From Mobula hypostoma (lineage: Eukaryota): a DNA stretch of 64,000 nt. This document shows positions 50,627-63,490 of the stretch, piece after piece (the first letter of the stretch is position 1; every line of letters begins with the position of its first letter). The translations under genes were made by a program, and so were the position numbers. The notes under the pieces are model-generated. The model worked only from the letters and a program-made list of their open reading frames with translations. It did no database searches and had not been told where the DNA came from. Where the stretch lies: NCBI RefSeq assembly GCF_963921235.1, contig NC_086108.1, positions 96,350,001-96,414,000 on the forward strand, read 5' to 3'.

Positions 50627-51272
50627 CTTCTAAATTTAATGTCCCACTTCACATTTGCCGCCATCACCTCCTATCTGGCATTTCTTGACATCCAACCAAC
50701 CTTCTCAATGCCTCTTTGTGGCTTTGTAAAACTCACAGAATAATTTAATAGTTCTCTTTGTTTAATAGCTTCCTCTAGTTCTATATCAGATCATTGAAGA
50801 AGCAAGTGACATTGGTAAGTCTCAGAGGAGAAACTTTTGCAAGACTTTCCCTAACTGCTCCCAAAAAGTGCTTAACCCCTCTCCTTATATCCTTCCATTT
50901 TTAATCCGCGTCATTAACCTTCCCTCATACCACTATCCCTCCCACTAACCTTCTTAGCTGTAGTTCTCTGTAGGTCTGTTGAACCACATCTGTCACCCTC
51001 TCACAGGAGTTTCTCAAGCACAGCTCGGCTTTCTGTTGGCTACATCCTGTTACATTATCTTCATCTATTTCCTCTTTAATTAAAAGTCCCAAATTATCTC
51101 GAACAACAGATGTTAAACTTGAGCTCTGACCAAGAAGTATAGGAGCATCCTCCAGCAGCTCTTCGCCGCCCCCGGTTTGAGGTTGCCAGTGGCAACATTG
51201 GGGAAAAGGATCCCTTGTTTACTCTCTTGGAAAATGCTCTATGGCAACAGAGAGAGAACAAAGGAGAAAATA

Positions 51273-51809
51273 CACCCAGATGCCACTATATTAGGTACAG
51301 GAGTGGAACCCAGTGTTGTCTTCTGCTGCAGTAGCCCATCCACTTCAAGGTTTGATGTGTTGCGTGTTCAGAGATGTTCTTCTGCATACCACTGTTTGTA
51401 ACACATGGTTATTTGAGTTACTGTCACCTTTCTGTCAGCTTGAACCAGTCTGGCCATTCTCCTTTGACGCTTCTCATCAACAAGGCATTTTCTCATCAAC
51501 AAGAACTGCTACTCACTGGATTTTTTGGGGGTTTTTTTTGCACCATTCTCTGTAAACTCTAGAGACTGTTGTGTGCGAAAACCCCAGGAGATCAGCAGTT
51601 TCTGAGATACTCCAACCACACCGTCAGGCACCAACAATCATTCCGTGGTCAGAGTCATGTAGAACACATTTCTGATGTTTGGTCTGAACAACAACTGAAC
51701 CTCGTGACCATGTCTGCATGCTTTCATGCATTGAGTTGCTGTCACATAATTGGCTGGTTAGATATTTGCATTAACGAGTGGGTGTACCTAATAAAGTGGC
51801 CACTGAGTG
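51273..51809. mobile_element. Tc1/mariner-type non-autonomous DNA transposon
   Basis: TIRs cacccagatgccactatattaggtaca / tgtacctaataaagtggccactgagtg, flanked by TA on both sides. Confidence 0.82.
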
Positions 51810-52482
51810 TAATATTGCTTGCAAACATTCAGACATGTTTCGACTTGTTATACAATCCTATGAAGAAAATTGCAAAATTCTTCTTGAATTTCCCCGAAAC
51901 AACATAAAATAGGAAAGTGATAGCACAATTCTTTAAATGCTCATTTATGAAAATCTAATGTAGACATCTTTCTTTCTACAGCAATAAAGTGTGACCTTGT
52001 ATTAATATGCAAAGTAGCCCACTTGTGATGCCAAACAACATAACACATTTGACCTTCAGTTTGGAAGTTAAACATTCCGGGGTTTCATTATTCCATTTCT
52101 CTGATCAAGTGTTTAATTTATATCATTTCAATACAGCATCAGTGAAGGAAAATTTTTGATGCCAAGCTGTTGAAATCAGACATGAGGCACAAGCCTTTCC
52201 AGGATAAAAGTTCCTTTTACCAAACCCTTGCCCTTAGAGTTTAACGAATTTAAGAAGCACTGAATTCTGGAAACATATTAAATGTCAGCTTGGATACTTT
52301 GGTCCAAAATTCCAGACTACTGAATCCACTTTTCCAACTCTCACACATGGACATTCATGAGCAAGTCTGGAGTGCAATGCCCTCATTTGATAGGACAAAA
52401 TTCTAAAACAAATTCTTAGAAATATGCATTAGAGTGCATAAGGAAAGCATATTTGAACTAAACATTGTAAGATTCTGCCACT

Positions 52483-53160
52483 CAACACACACGAAATGCC
52501 GGAGGGACTCACCAGGCCAAACAGCATCTATGGAAAGGAGTACAGTCGATGTTTCGGGCCGAGACCCTTCAGCAGGGCTAAAGAAAAAAGAAGAAGATGA
52601 GTAGAGTTAAGAGGTGGGTGGGGAGGGGAATGGAGGCTACCCAAACAGAATATAAGGTGTTGTTCCTGTTGTTCCTCCAACCTGAGTGTAGCCTCATTGC
52701 GACAGTACACTCAGATTGGAGGAGCATCACCTTATATTCCGTTTGGGTAGCCTCCAACCTGATGGTGTGAACATTGACTTCTCGAACTTCTGGTAATGCC
52801 CCCCCATTCTCCTTCACCATTCCCCATCCCCTTTTCCCTCTCTCACCTTACCCCTTGCCTGCCTTTCGCCTCCCTCTGGCGCTCTTCCTGCTTTTTCTTT
52901 CTTCCATGGACTTCCTGCCCCCTTCTCCAGCCTTGAATCTCTTTCACCAATCAACTTCCCAGCTCTTTACTTCTCCCCTCTCCCTCTTGGTTTCTCCCTC
53001 GCCCCACCTCTTAACTCTACTCCTCATCTTTTTTTCCACCAGTCCTGCTGAAAGGTCTTAGCCCGAGACATCGACCGTACTTTTTTCCATAGATGCTGCC
53101 TGGCCTGCTGAGTTCCTCCAACATTTTGTGTGCGTTGTTTGGGTTTCCAGCATCTTGTTT
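52483..53160. mobile_element. Penelope fold-back element with GIY-YIG C-terminal remnants
   Basis: LRLEE.HLIFRLGSLQPDG on opposite strands, inverted pLTR ends, degenerate hammerhead motifs. Confidence 0.75.
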
Positions 53161-53289
53161 GTGATCAGTTCGGTTAATTGTGCTAACGCACTAATCTTTG
53201 CTTTGAGCAATTTTGACTTTGAACCCCATGTGCTTCAAAGTGCTCTCATGTCCTGAAGCACAATATGGTCTGGTGGTCTGTTGTGATTT

Positions 53290-54280
53290 CCTGGTTGTCT
53301 GCCAGTGATTAGTGGTATCCCACAAGGAATGGTGTTGAACCACTTCTTTTCATGCTATATGTCAACGATTTGGATGATGGAATTGATAGCTTTGTGGCCA
53401 GCTTTGAGGACAATACAAAGACAGGTGGATGGGCAGGTTGTGTTGAGGAAGCAGGGAGTCTGCAGAACGCTTGGACAAATTAGGAGAATGGTTAAAAATT
53501 GGCAGATGCAATACAGTGGCGGGTAGTTCTTCTGCACTTTGGTTGAAGGAATAAAGGTGTAGACTATTTTCTAAATGGAAAGTAAATTCAGAAACTGGAG
53601 GTGCAAAGGGATTTGGGAGTCCTTGTGCAGGATTCCCTGAAGATTAGCTTGCAGGTTGAGTCGGTGGTAAGATAGGCAAATGCAATGTTAGCGTTCATTT
53701 CAGTGATGCCATATAAAGCATTGATCAGACCACACTCGGAGTATTGTGAGCAGTTTTGGGTCTCTTATCTAAGAAAAGATGTGCTGGCATTGGACAGGGT
53801 CCAGAGGAGGTTCATGAGAATGATTCTGGGAATGAAAGAGTTAATATACAGGGAGCGTTTGACGGCCCTGGGCCTGTACTTGCTGGAGTTTAGAAGAATG
53901 GTGGGGGGGGGGGTGTGGAATCTCATTGCAACCTATCAAGTATTGAAAGGTCTAGACAGAGTGGATGTGGAGAGGATGTTTTCTACAGTGGGTGAGTCTA
54001 GGACCAGACGGCACAGCTGCAGAATAGAAGGACGTCCCTTTAGAACTGAGATGAGGAATGTGGTGGTGAATCTGGAGAATTAGTTGCCACAATTGGCTGT
54101 GGATGCCAAATCATTGGGTATATTTAAAGCAAAGGTTGATAGGTTGTTGATCAGCAGGGGCTTCAATGGTTATGGGGAGATGGCAGGAGATTGGGGTTGA
54201 GAGAGATAATAAACCAGCCCTGATTAAATGGGGGAGCAGAGTCAAGAGGCTGAATAGCCTAATTCTGCTCCTATGTCTTA
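53290..54280 (+). mobile_element. CR1 RT 3' fragment
   Basis: SGIPQG; YKALIRPHSEYC..VQRRFMRMILG. Confidence 0.85.
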
Positions 54281-54281
54281 T

Positions 54282-55290
54282 CAAAGTTTCTAGGTGTGTT
54301 TATTATCAAAGAACATATAAACTAAACAACCTTGAGATTTGTTTGCTTACAGGCAATCACAAAGCAAGGAACTCGAAAAAACCCAATTTAAAAAATAACC
54401 CCCTAGTGCCCACAGAGAAGGAGAAAAAAACACAAAAAGAATCATATAAACAATACAAGCAAGCAACAACAGCAACAGTATTCCGAACCAAATTGAGTCC
54501 TTAGATCCAAATCCCTGGAGCAGCCCAGAGTAGGCCCAAATCCTCGTTATTCAGTTCATCATATTAGCGGCGCAAATCACCACAAAGTTCACAGACATGA
54601 AGCACAGCAGCTGGGTCAGTCTCACTGCATCATGGGGAGACAAGCCTCCAGATTATCTGGGCCAGCATTTAAACTGTCTGAACCTCGCACTAGGACACGG
54701 GCCCCGCCACCAGCAAATCGCTCTGGACCTAGACTTTTCTGCCGAAGGAGCTATTCCCTACCTCTCAAATTGACTCGGTGCCCAGAGCAATCCAACCTTG
54801 TCTGACTGTTAACACCCTGCCTTTCCAGTCTATATGGGCCAGTATTTAGATTGTCCAAACATACAACAATCATATGTCACATTAGGGCCGGGCCTCGCCA
54901 TGGCAAGTCACTCCAGACCTTGAACACACCGCCCATCAATTCACTTTGGACCTGGATTTCGCTGCCGAAGAAGCCATTTTCAACCTCTTCAATTCAGCTT
55001 GGTGTTTAGAGCGATCCACCCTTGTACATGGGTTAGTTGGTCGGGCATCAGAACTCCTCTGTCCTGTCTTTCCCCTCCTCATTGTTTACTCCAACGAGCA
55101 CAGCTCCAAATCCGAATGCGTCGATTTTGCAGTGCACTTCCACTTGCTCATTCATTGCTTGCAGTGATAGTTTACCACAATTTACTTCAAAAAAAGTGTT
55201 ATTAATAATGATTTCAATCAAATTCCTTTGCTTTTGAATTACTAGTAAGCCATCACATGTCTTTGGTAGCACCATCTTAAACCGGTAACC
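54282..55290 (-). mobile_element. About 1-kb non-autonomous retroelement (family of 42680-43487)
   Basis: Head AAGATGGTGC. GTCTTAT near both flanks. Shared 5' and 3' segments with 42680-43487. Confidence 0.6.
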
Positions 55291-56211
55291 GCAGAAGTGA
55301 TATGGTCTTATGACCTTAGTCTGTAGTCTAATTTGTTTCCATTTGAAGTATTTGTTTTGACAGCTTTAAGAGATAGGAACGGGAGTAGGCCACCCCACCC
55401 TTTACCTGGATCTGCTTTACATCAAAAACATGGCTAATCTTCTACCTTAGCACCATTTTCCTCTTTGATTCCCTGAACATGCAGAAATTGCTCTATCTCT
55501 TCTTCTTTTGAATTCAGAGCCTCCACAGTCCTGTAGGGCAGGAAATTCATCACAGGAAAAACAGAAAAAACAGAAAAATGCTGAAAGCACTCAGTAAGTC
55601 AGTCAGGATCCGTGAGAAGAGAAACAGAGAAAAAGAAATATAGCATTTGGGAAGAGAACGGGAGCTGGCATATTAGGTTGAAGATCCCTTGTTCCTGAAT
55701 CTATGGAATTTCAGAAGATGGCATCCAAAGCATCCACCATCTCTTTCATTTCTGCAGACAAAACCTTCTGCTCTCTGGTGGACATTACCCCACATCTCTA
55801 CAGACACCAGTTGTGCTGTGGTAGCTCTCAGCGGAATACCTTGCCTTGAAGTATGCACCTTTAAGGTCAGGGTTACCCCTGAGAAGCTGACCGACCAGAT
55901 CCAGGACCTTCCTTGCCCTATATCCGCTGAAATGGATCTCCAGTTTGGATGTTGTCACCCGTTTAGTAGTCCTGAATTATCTGTTTCTTCATTACCCAGG
56001 GTGCTGAGCTCAATGGTGTGCGTGGGGGGTGGGTGGAGGGGGGTGGGGGTCTGCTTTTCCGTTACCTGGGACGTTGAGGTCAAGTGCAGGGGTGGTCTTT
56101 TGACACTCTGCCTGAGATCAACTTCTGCCCAGAGTTACCCTTCACCTGATATTTCTACATCAGTGTCTGCTTGGAACAACTGAGAACATCCTTGCCTCCA
56201 GGAGCATGGGG

Positions 56212-56410
56212 TTGAAAGGGATAATATATCAGTTATAATGGTACTGCACAGCAGATTTGATGGGCCAAATCATGCGATTTTGTTCTTAGATCTTAGTCCC
56301 AGTGAGTGGCTTAAGCCATGACTCTATAAGATCTAAGAACAAAATTGCACGATTTGGCCCATCAAATCTGCTGTGCGGTACCATTATAACTGATATATTA
56401 TCCCTTTCAA
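56212..56410. repeat. Inverted repeat, 84-bp arms, 31-bp spacer
   Basis: 56212-56295 vs 56327-56410, 3 mismatches. Confidence 0.95.
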
Positions 56411-58809
56411 AATTGTCCCCTTGTAAGTTATCATCCGGCTGATAGTTCTGTGCATTTGTCCGGGAATCCAATAGCATTGCACATGTCATCCTGTAGATGA
56501 AGTAATGGACACAAAGATGCAGCCTGGACTAGAGCGTCTGAGTCATTGGCTGGGATTGGCCACACTCAATCTATAATCTTTGGAGTGTAAGAGAATGAAG
56601 AAAAAAAAACACATTATGGAATTTCATAATATCACAAGGGGTATGGATAAGGTTAATGGTCATAGTCTTTTCTGTAGAAAACTAAAGTTCATAGTAAATG
56701 TTATTATCAAAGTACTTACTTACATATGCAACCCTGAGATTCATTTTCTTGCAGGCCTATTCAATAAATCTACAGTAATAATAACCATAACTGAATCAAT
56801 GAAACACCGGCCAACGGGGTATTCAACCAGAGTGCCGAAGGCAACAAACTGTGCAAATGCAAAAAGTAACAATAATAATAATAATAAATAAATAAGCAAT
56901 AAATATCGAGAACATGAGATGAAGAATCCTTGAAAGAGGGCACAGATACAAAATAAGAGGAGAAAGGTTTAACAGAGACCGAAAGGTAACTTCTTTACAC
57001 AGAGGGTAGAGACTATCTGGAATGAGCTGCCAGAGGAAATGGTTGAAGCAGGTCTATTGCAACATTTAAAAGGCATTTGTATCGGTATGTGGAGGAGAGG
57101 GGCTTGGAGGGTTATGGGCACATTGTAAGTAGCTGGGACTATCAAAAGTTGGTACAAGTTTTGAGCAACAAAGTAGTGGGTCAAGGAAAGAACCAGGGAA
57201 GATTCCTGACAAGGGATGGCAAGGGAGATTAAATCACCATTATCAACTTAGGTTATCCACAATATCCCTCCTTCCTGTTCTCCTCTCTCCCATCCATCCC
57301 TCCATCTGTATTTGCTCACAACCAAAGACATCGTACTTCTGAAGATCATTGATCTGAAATGTTAACTCTTTCTCATTCAATGTCAATGTTATTATCAAAG
57401 TACATACATGTCATCATATACAACACCGAGAATCATTTTCTTGTGGGCATACTTAAAAATCCATAGAATAAGAACACTATCAGAATCAATGAAACCAGAG
57501 TGCAGAAGACAACAAACTGCGCAAATACAAAAAGAAGAATCGATAATATAAATAAATAAGCAATGGAAGCTGACACACCAACAATTTTGCCTTCTAATTA
57601 TAAACTTTGTGCTTCTCATTGTGCTTCTGATTGAACCGTCACAGTGATGGAAAGGTACAGCATAGAAACAGGCCCCTCAGCCCAGCGAGGACGTGCCAAC
57701 CATTTACACTAATCGCAAATTCTTCATCACTCCAAGTTGATAGGGTTGTTAAGAAGACATATGGAGTGTTGGCCTTCATTAGTTGTGGAGATTGAGTTCA
57801 AGAGCTGTGAGGTAATGTTGCCGCTCTATAAAACCCTGGTAAGACCACACTTGCAATATTGCGTTCAGTTCTGAGGAGACTTACCAAGATGCTGCTTGGA
57901 TTAGAAACCACGTCTTCTGAGGAGAGGATGAGCAAGCTAGGGCTTTTCTCTTGAGAGTGAAGGAAGAAGAGAGGTGACTTGATAAAAGTGTGCAAGACAA
58001 TAAGAGGCACAGATCAAGTGGACAGTCAGAGACTTATTCCCAGGGCCGAAGTAGCTAATACAAGGGGGCATAATTTGAAGGGAAGTATAGGGGATGTCAG
58101 AGATAAGTGTTTTTGTACAGAGAGCAGTGAGTGCAAGGAAAACCCTGCCAGGGGTGATGGTAGAGGCAGATTTTTATTCATTATTTATTTATTTGGATAC
58201 AGCCTTTCAGCCCTCCAAGCCGCATCGCCTAGCAACCCCTGATTTAACCCTAGCCTGATCATGGGACAATTTACAATGACCAATTAGCCTACAGATATAT
58301 TAGGGACATTTATAAGGTACTCTTAGATGGGCACATGGATGACAGAAAAGTGAAGAGATATGTAAGAGGGAAGGGTTAGATTGATCATAGAGTAAGTTAA
58401 AAGGTTGGCACAATATTGTAGGCTGAATGGCCTGTACCATGCTGTAATGTTCTATGTTCCACCACTCACCAAATCACTAGGGTCAATTTACAGTGGCTAT
58501 TTAACCTACCTTTATCCCTTGTCTTTGGGATGTGGAAGGGAACTAGAGCACAAGCAAGAAAGCCACACAGTCACAGGGGAGCATGCAAGCTCCATATATT
58601 CAGCACTCAAGGTTAGGGCTGAACCTGGGTCCCTGAACCGTGAGGTAGTGGCTCTAGTAACGTCACTATTGTGCCACTTTAATGATACCTTCACATCTGT
58701 GCGACTGAATAGTCATTTTATTCTTCCAGGCATGGGCACTGATCATGGGCAAAGTTGGTTATTTTGAAAATAGTAATTAGAGCAGAAAACTAGGATGATC
58801 TTTCTACTG

Positions 58810-59308
58810 GCATGGGAGAGGGTTCAAAGGAGGTCTATGAAAATGATTCTATGAAAGGCTTGTCTTATGAGGAGCGCTTGATGGCTCTGGGCCTGTACTC
58901 ACTGGAATTTGGAAAAATGAGGGATGACCTCATTGAAACCTATCAAATGTTGAAAGGCCTTGATAGAGTGGATGTGGAGAGGATGATTCCTATGGTGGTG
59001 GAGTCTAAGACCAGAGGACACTGCCTCAAAATAGAGGGGCATCTTTTTAGAATAGAGATGAGGAGGAATTTCTTCAATCGGAGAGTGGTGAATCTGTGGA
59101 ATTCTTTGCCACAGGCAGCTGTGGAGGCCAAGTCACTGAGTATACTTAAGACAGAGGTTGATAGAGTTTTGGTTAGTCAGGGCACGAAGGGGTAGGTGGA
59201 GAAGGCCAGAGATTGGGGCTGAGAGGGAAAATGAATCAGCCATGATGAAATGACAGAGCAGACTCGATGGGACAAATGGCCTAATTCTGATCCTATTCCT
59301 ATGGTCTA
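58810..59308 (+). mobile_element. CR1 3' fragment
   Basis: GLSYEERLMALGLYSLEF..RVVNLWNSLPQ. Confidence 0.88.
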
Positions 59309-59404
59309 CTTCCCATGTTCTGTCAGTTGACGTTCTTGTCCCAGCTCATTACAGCCTCTCAACATTTACCGGCATTTAAAAAAACACGAAATTTTACAGA
59401 TTCT

Positions 59405-60720
59405 GAAAATGAACGTTGATTTCTCTAACTTTCTTATCACCATCCTGCTTCTCTCTTACTACATTCCCCATTCCGGCTCCCTTCTTCCCCCTTCCCTTCT
59501 CCTCACCTGCCCATCACCTCTCTTTGGTTCCCCTCCTCCTTCCCTTTCTCTTATGTTCCACCCTCCCTTCCTATCAGATTCCTTCTTCTTCAACCCTTTA
59601 CTTTTTCTACCTATCATCTCCCAGCTTCTCACTTCAACACCCTCCCCCACTCCCCCACCTTCCCCCTCACTTGGTCTCACCTATCACCTGCCAGTTTGTA
59701 CTCCTTCCCCTCTCCCCACCTTCTTATTCTGGCTTCTTCTCTCTTCCTTTTCAGTCCCGATGAAGGGTCTCAGCCCAAAGCATCGACTGTTTACTCATTT
59801 CCATAGATGCTGCCTGACCTGCTGAGTTCCTCCAAAATTTAGGTGTGTTGCTTAGCTGAATTATTTGATGCTCTCACACAAATAGTAAGAGGTGAGGGAG
59901 TTTAAAGTTTAAGTTTTTCAGTTGCATGAACTTAATTCTACATAAACAAATACAATTCCCAAGATCTCCAATTACTATGTTACTGTTCCCTCAGGAATTC
60001 TGTGCAATGGGATTAAGTTGCAAGGTGATAACAATCAGAAATTGGACCTGCGTTCCCTGGAGCTGCATATAAATGCCAGTCAACCTTGCCAGCACTTGGT
60101 GGCCCTAATCCAGATGTACTGCAATTAACGGACTCATATGGACAACGCCGCAATATATAAAATAATATTATCCGTAAGGTTACAGGAAATTGCCAATGCT
60201 TGTGGCAAGACGAAAAATAAAACCTTGCAGATTTTTGAGTAAGACACACAAAATGCTGGAGGAAATCGGCAGGTCAGGCAGCATCTATGGAGAGGAATGA
60301 ACAGCTGACATTCTGGGCCGAGATCCTTCATCAGGACTGGAAAGGAAACGGGAAGAAGCCAGGAAAAGAAGGTGGGGGTGGGTTTAGAAGGTGAAGGAGT
60401 ACAAGCTAGAAGGTGAAAGATGAAGACAAGTGAGAGGGAACGTAGATGGGTGGGTGGGGAAGGGGGATGGCGTGAAAAGCTGGCTGGCAAAAGGGCTGGA
60501 GAAGAAGGAATTTGATAGGAGAAGAGAATGGACTATGGGAGAAAGGGAAGGAGGAGGGGCACTGGAGGGAGGTGATGGGCAGTTGAAGAGAAGGGGTAAG
60601 AGTGAAGCCAAAGTAGAGAATGGAAAAGGAGAGAAAGTGAATGTTGGAGAAATTACCGGAAATCAATATTCATGCTGATGTTGTGTGTCCTACTCTGGAT
60701 TTCCAACATTTGCAGAATCT
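59405..60720. mobile_element. Two separate Penelope pLTR copies in opposite orientation (59405-59852 +, 60244-60720 -)
   Basis: MNVDFSNF terminus, polypyrimidine pLTR, degenerate hammerheads at 59752-59789 and 60302-60339. Confidence 0.75.
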
Positions 60721-62333
60721 ATTGTGCAGATTTTTGAATAAGTGTTCAATATCCATTCCAACACATCAGACAGAGGAGTTGACCAGTCTACTCTTCGTGT
60801 CTTTTTCACTATCATAATGATTGATCTTTTACCGCAATATAACAGGGTAAATGTAATTGGATGTAAAGTGTAATGTCTTTACTTCTTAACTCAGAGCGTG
60901 GTGAGAGTATGGAAGTATGCCAGCGTAGGTGATGGATGTGGGTTCAATTTCAACATTTAAAAAAGACATTTGGGTAAGTTCATGGAAGTAGCACCAATTA
61001 ATCTGTCCTGTACCGTACAATATTGTATGTGTGTTGTCTGTACTACAGTGCTTTACACCCTGGTCTGGAGAAATGTTGTCTCGTTTGACAGTATATAAGT
61101 ATATAGTTAAATGACAATAAACTTGACTTGACTTGACGTGGACAGGAGGGGTATGGGGGGCTGTGATCCAGGTGCAAGTCGATGGGACTAGGCAGAATAA
61201 CAGTTCGGCACAGTATAGATGGGCCAAAGGATCTGTTTCTGTGCCGTAGTGCCCTATGACTCCACTTTCTAAGTGTAACGTCCTTAGCTCTTTAAAACTG
61301 GAAACGATGTTTTATGACAGTGAAACATACCAAAAAATCAAATATCAAGCATCCCAGTGAGCATGATCTGAATGAGCTTTATGGTAGAATTCAATCAAAG
61401 TAACATTAATCCAATTGGAATTTATCGACAATACAGCCAGGGTAACACTTGTAATTAATTATAAGTGACAAGAGCAAAGGAAAGGAACTGGGAGGATAAA
61501 GAGTGGCTTTATTTGTAATATGTACATTAAAGATTACAGTAAAATCTGTAGTTTTGCATCAACTACCAACAATGCACTGATTTTGCTGGGTGCAGGAATT
61601 GTCATGCTTCTGGCACCAACATGTCTATAACTTACTAACCCTAACCCTAACAGCTGGTCTTTGGAATGTGGGAGGAAACCAATGCTGTTGTGGGAGAACG
61701 TACAATGGTTTGGCACCGACTGGATGGGACGAATGGCCTGTTTCTTTGCTGTGCTTTTCTATACTCTATGACTGTGGCTTACAGACAGCAGTGGAAATCG
61801 AACCCCGATCAGTGATCACAGGTGCTGTAAAACAATTGCACTAACCACTGCACATCCCCATTTCTGAGTTTAAGCTGGAAGGGAAGTCATTGCTAAAACA
61901 GCACAAGATGGTTGGCCTAAAGCTTTGTCCCAGGAAGTCCTACAGTGATATCCTGGGACAGGGTTGATTGATCTCCTAAAACCACAACCATTTTCCTATC
62001 TGCGAAGTCTGACTCCAGCCTTTGGACTGCATTCTCCTTAAACTACTGGCTTCAGTTTTACCAGGACTCCTTAACTTAGTGCCAAAGGTAGTCATTCTCA
62101 CTTAATCTCTGAAATTCCTTGGTATACATTTGGCACCAGTGAGCATGTTATTGGATAATCAGGAAAACTTGGCAACACAGTCAGTGGCAGCTCCTATCAC
62201 TTCGCTAATGACTGAAAGAAAGCTAAAGATAAACATAAACAACAGGAATTCTGCAGATGCTGGAAATTCAAGCAACACACATCAAAGTTGCTGGTGAACG
62301 CAGCAGGCCAAGCAGCATCTGCAGGAAGAGGTG

Positions 62334-62371
62334 CAGTCGACGTTTCAGGCCGAGACCCTTCGTCAGGACTA
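62334..62371 (-). ncRNA. Minimal hammerhead ribozyme motif, core intact
   Basis: Identical to 36098-36135: AGUC CUGACGA AGGgucucggCCU GAAAC GUC GACU. Confidence 0.75.
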
Positions 62372-62995
62372 ACTGAAGGAAGAGTGATAAGGGATTTGAA
62401 AGTTGGAGGGGGAGGGGGAGATCCAAAATTATAGGAGAAGACAGGAGGGGGAGGGATAGAGCCAAGAGCTGGACAGGTGATAGGCAAAAGGGGATACGAG
62501 AGGATCATGGGACAGGAGGTCCGGGAAGAAAGACAAGGTGGGGGGGGACCCAGAGGATGGGCAAGAGGTATATTCAGAGGGACAGAGGGAGAAAAAGGAG
62601 AGTGAGAAAAAGGAGAGTGAGAGAAAGAATGTGTGCATAAAAATGAGTAACAGATGGAGTACGAGGGGGAGGTGGGGCCTTAGCGGAAGTTGGAGAAGTC
62701 GATGTTCATGCCATCAGGTTGGAGGCTACCCAGACGGAATATAAGGTGTTGTTCCTCCAACCTGAGTGTGGCTTCATCTTTACAGTAGAGGAGGCCGTGT
62801 ATAGACATGTCAGAATAGGAATGGGATGTGGAATTACACTGGGAGATCCTGCTTTCTCTGGCGGACAGAGCGTAGATGTTCAGCAAAGCGGTCTCCCAGT
62901 CTGCGTCGGGTCACGCCAATATATAAAAGGCCACATACTTCCGCCACCTCCAACGGGATCCCACCACTAAGCACATCTTTCCCTCCCCCCCCCCC

Positions 62996-63490
62996 GCATT
63001 CCGCTGGGATCGCTCCCTACACAACTCCCTTGTCCATTCGTCCCCCCCATCCCTCCTCACTGATCTCCCTCCTGGCACTTATCCGTGTAAGCGGAACAAG
63101 TGCTACACATGCCCTTACACTTCCTCCCTTACCACCATTCAGGGCCCCAAACAGTCCTTCCAGGTGAGGCAACACTTCACCTGTGAGTCGACTGGGTTGA
63201 TATACTGCGTCCGGTGCTCCCGATGTGGCCTTTTATATATTGGCGAGACCCGACGCAGACTGGGAGACCGCTTTGCTGAACATCTACGCTCTGTCCGCCA
63301 GAGAAAGCAGGATCTCCCAGTGGCCACACATTTTAATTCCACATCCCATTCCCATTCTGACATGTCTATCCACGGCCTCCTCTACTGTAAAGATGAAGCC
63401 ACACTCAGGTTGGAGGAACAACACCTTATATTCCGTCTGGGTAGCCTCCAACCTGATGGCATGAACATCGACTTCTCTAACTTCCGCTAA
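62996..63490 (+). pseudogene. Penelope ORF C-terminal fragment: Cys-rich linker plus GIY-YIG endonuclease
   Basis: Open frame GTYPCKRNKCYTCPY...GLIYCVRCSRCGLLYIGETRRRLGDRFAEH...VATHFN...EQHLIFRLGSLQPDGMN. The RT portion is missing (5'-truncated). Confidence 0.92.

Noticed and set aside
59409..59825. Pro/Ser/Leu-rich ORFs (also 2081-2473, 27295-27645, 63477-63924)
   Set aside because: Translations of the low-complexity polypyrimidine/polypurine Penelope pLTR.
61635..61650. Telomeric (CCCTAA)n repeat
   Set aside because: Under three units, and an expansion of the ctaacc motif normal to this SINE.
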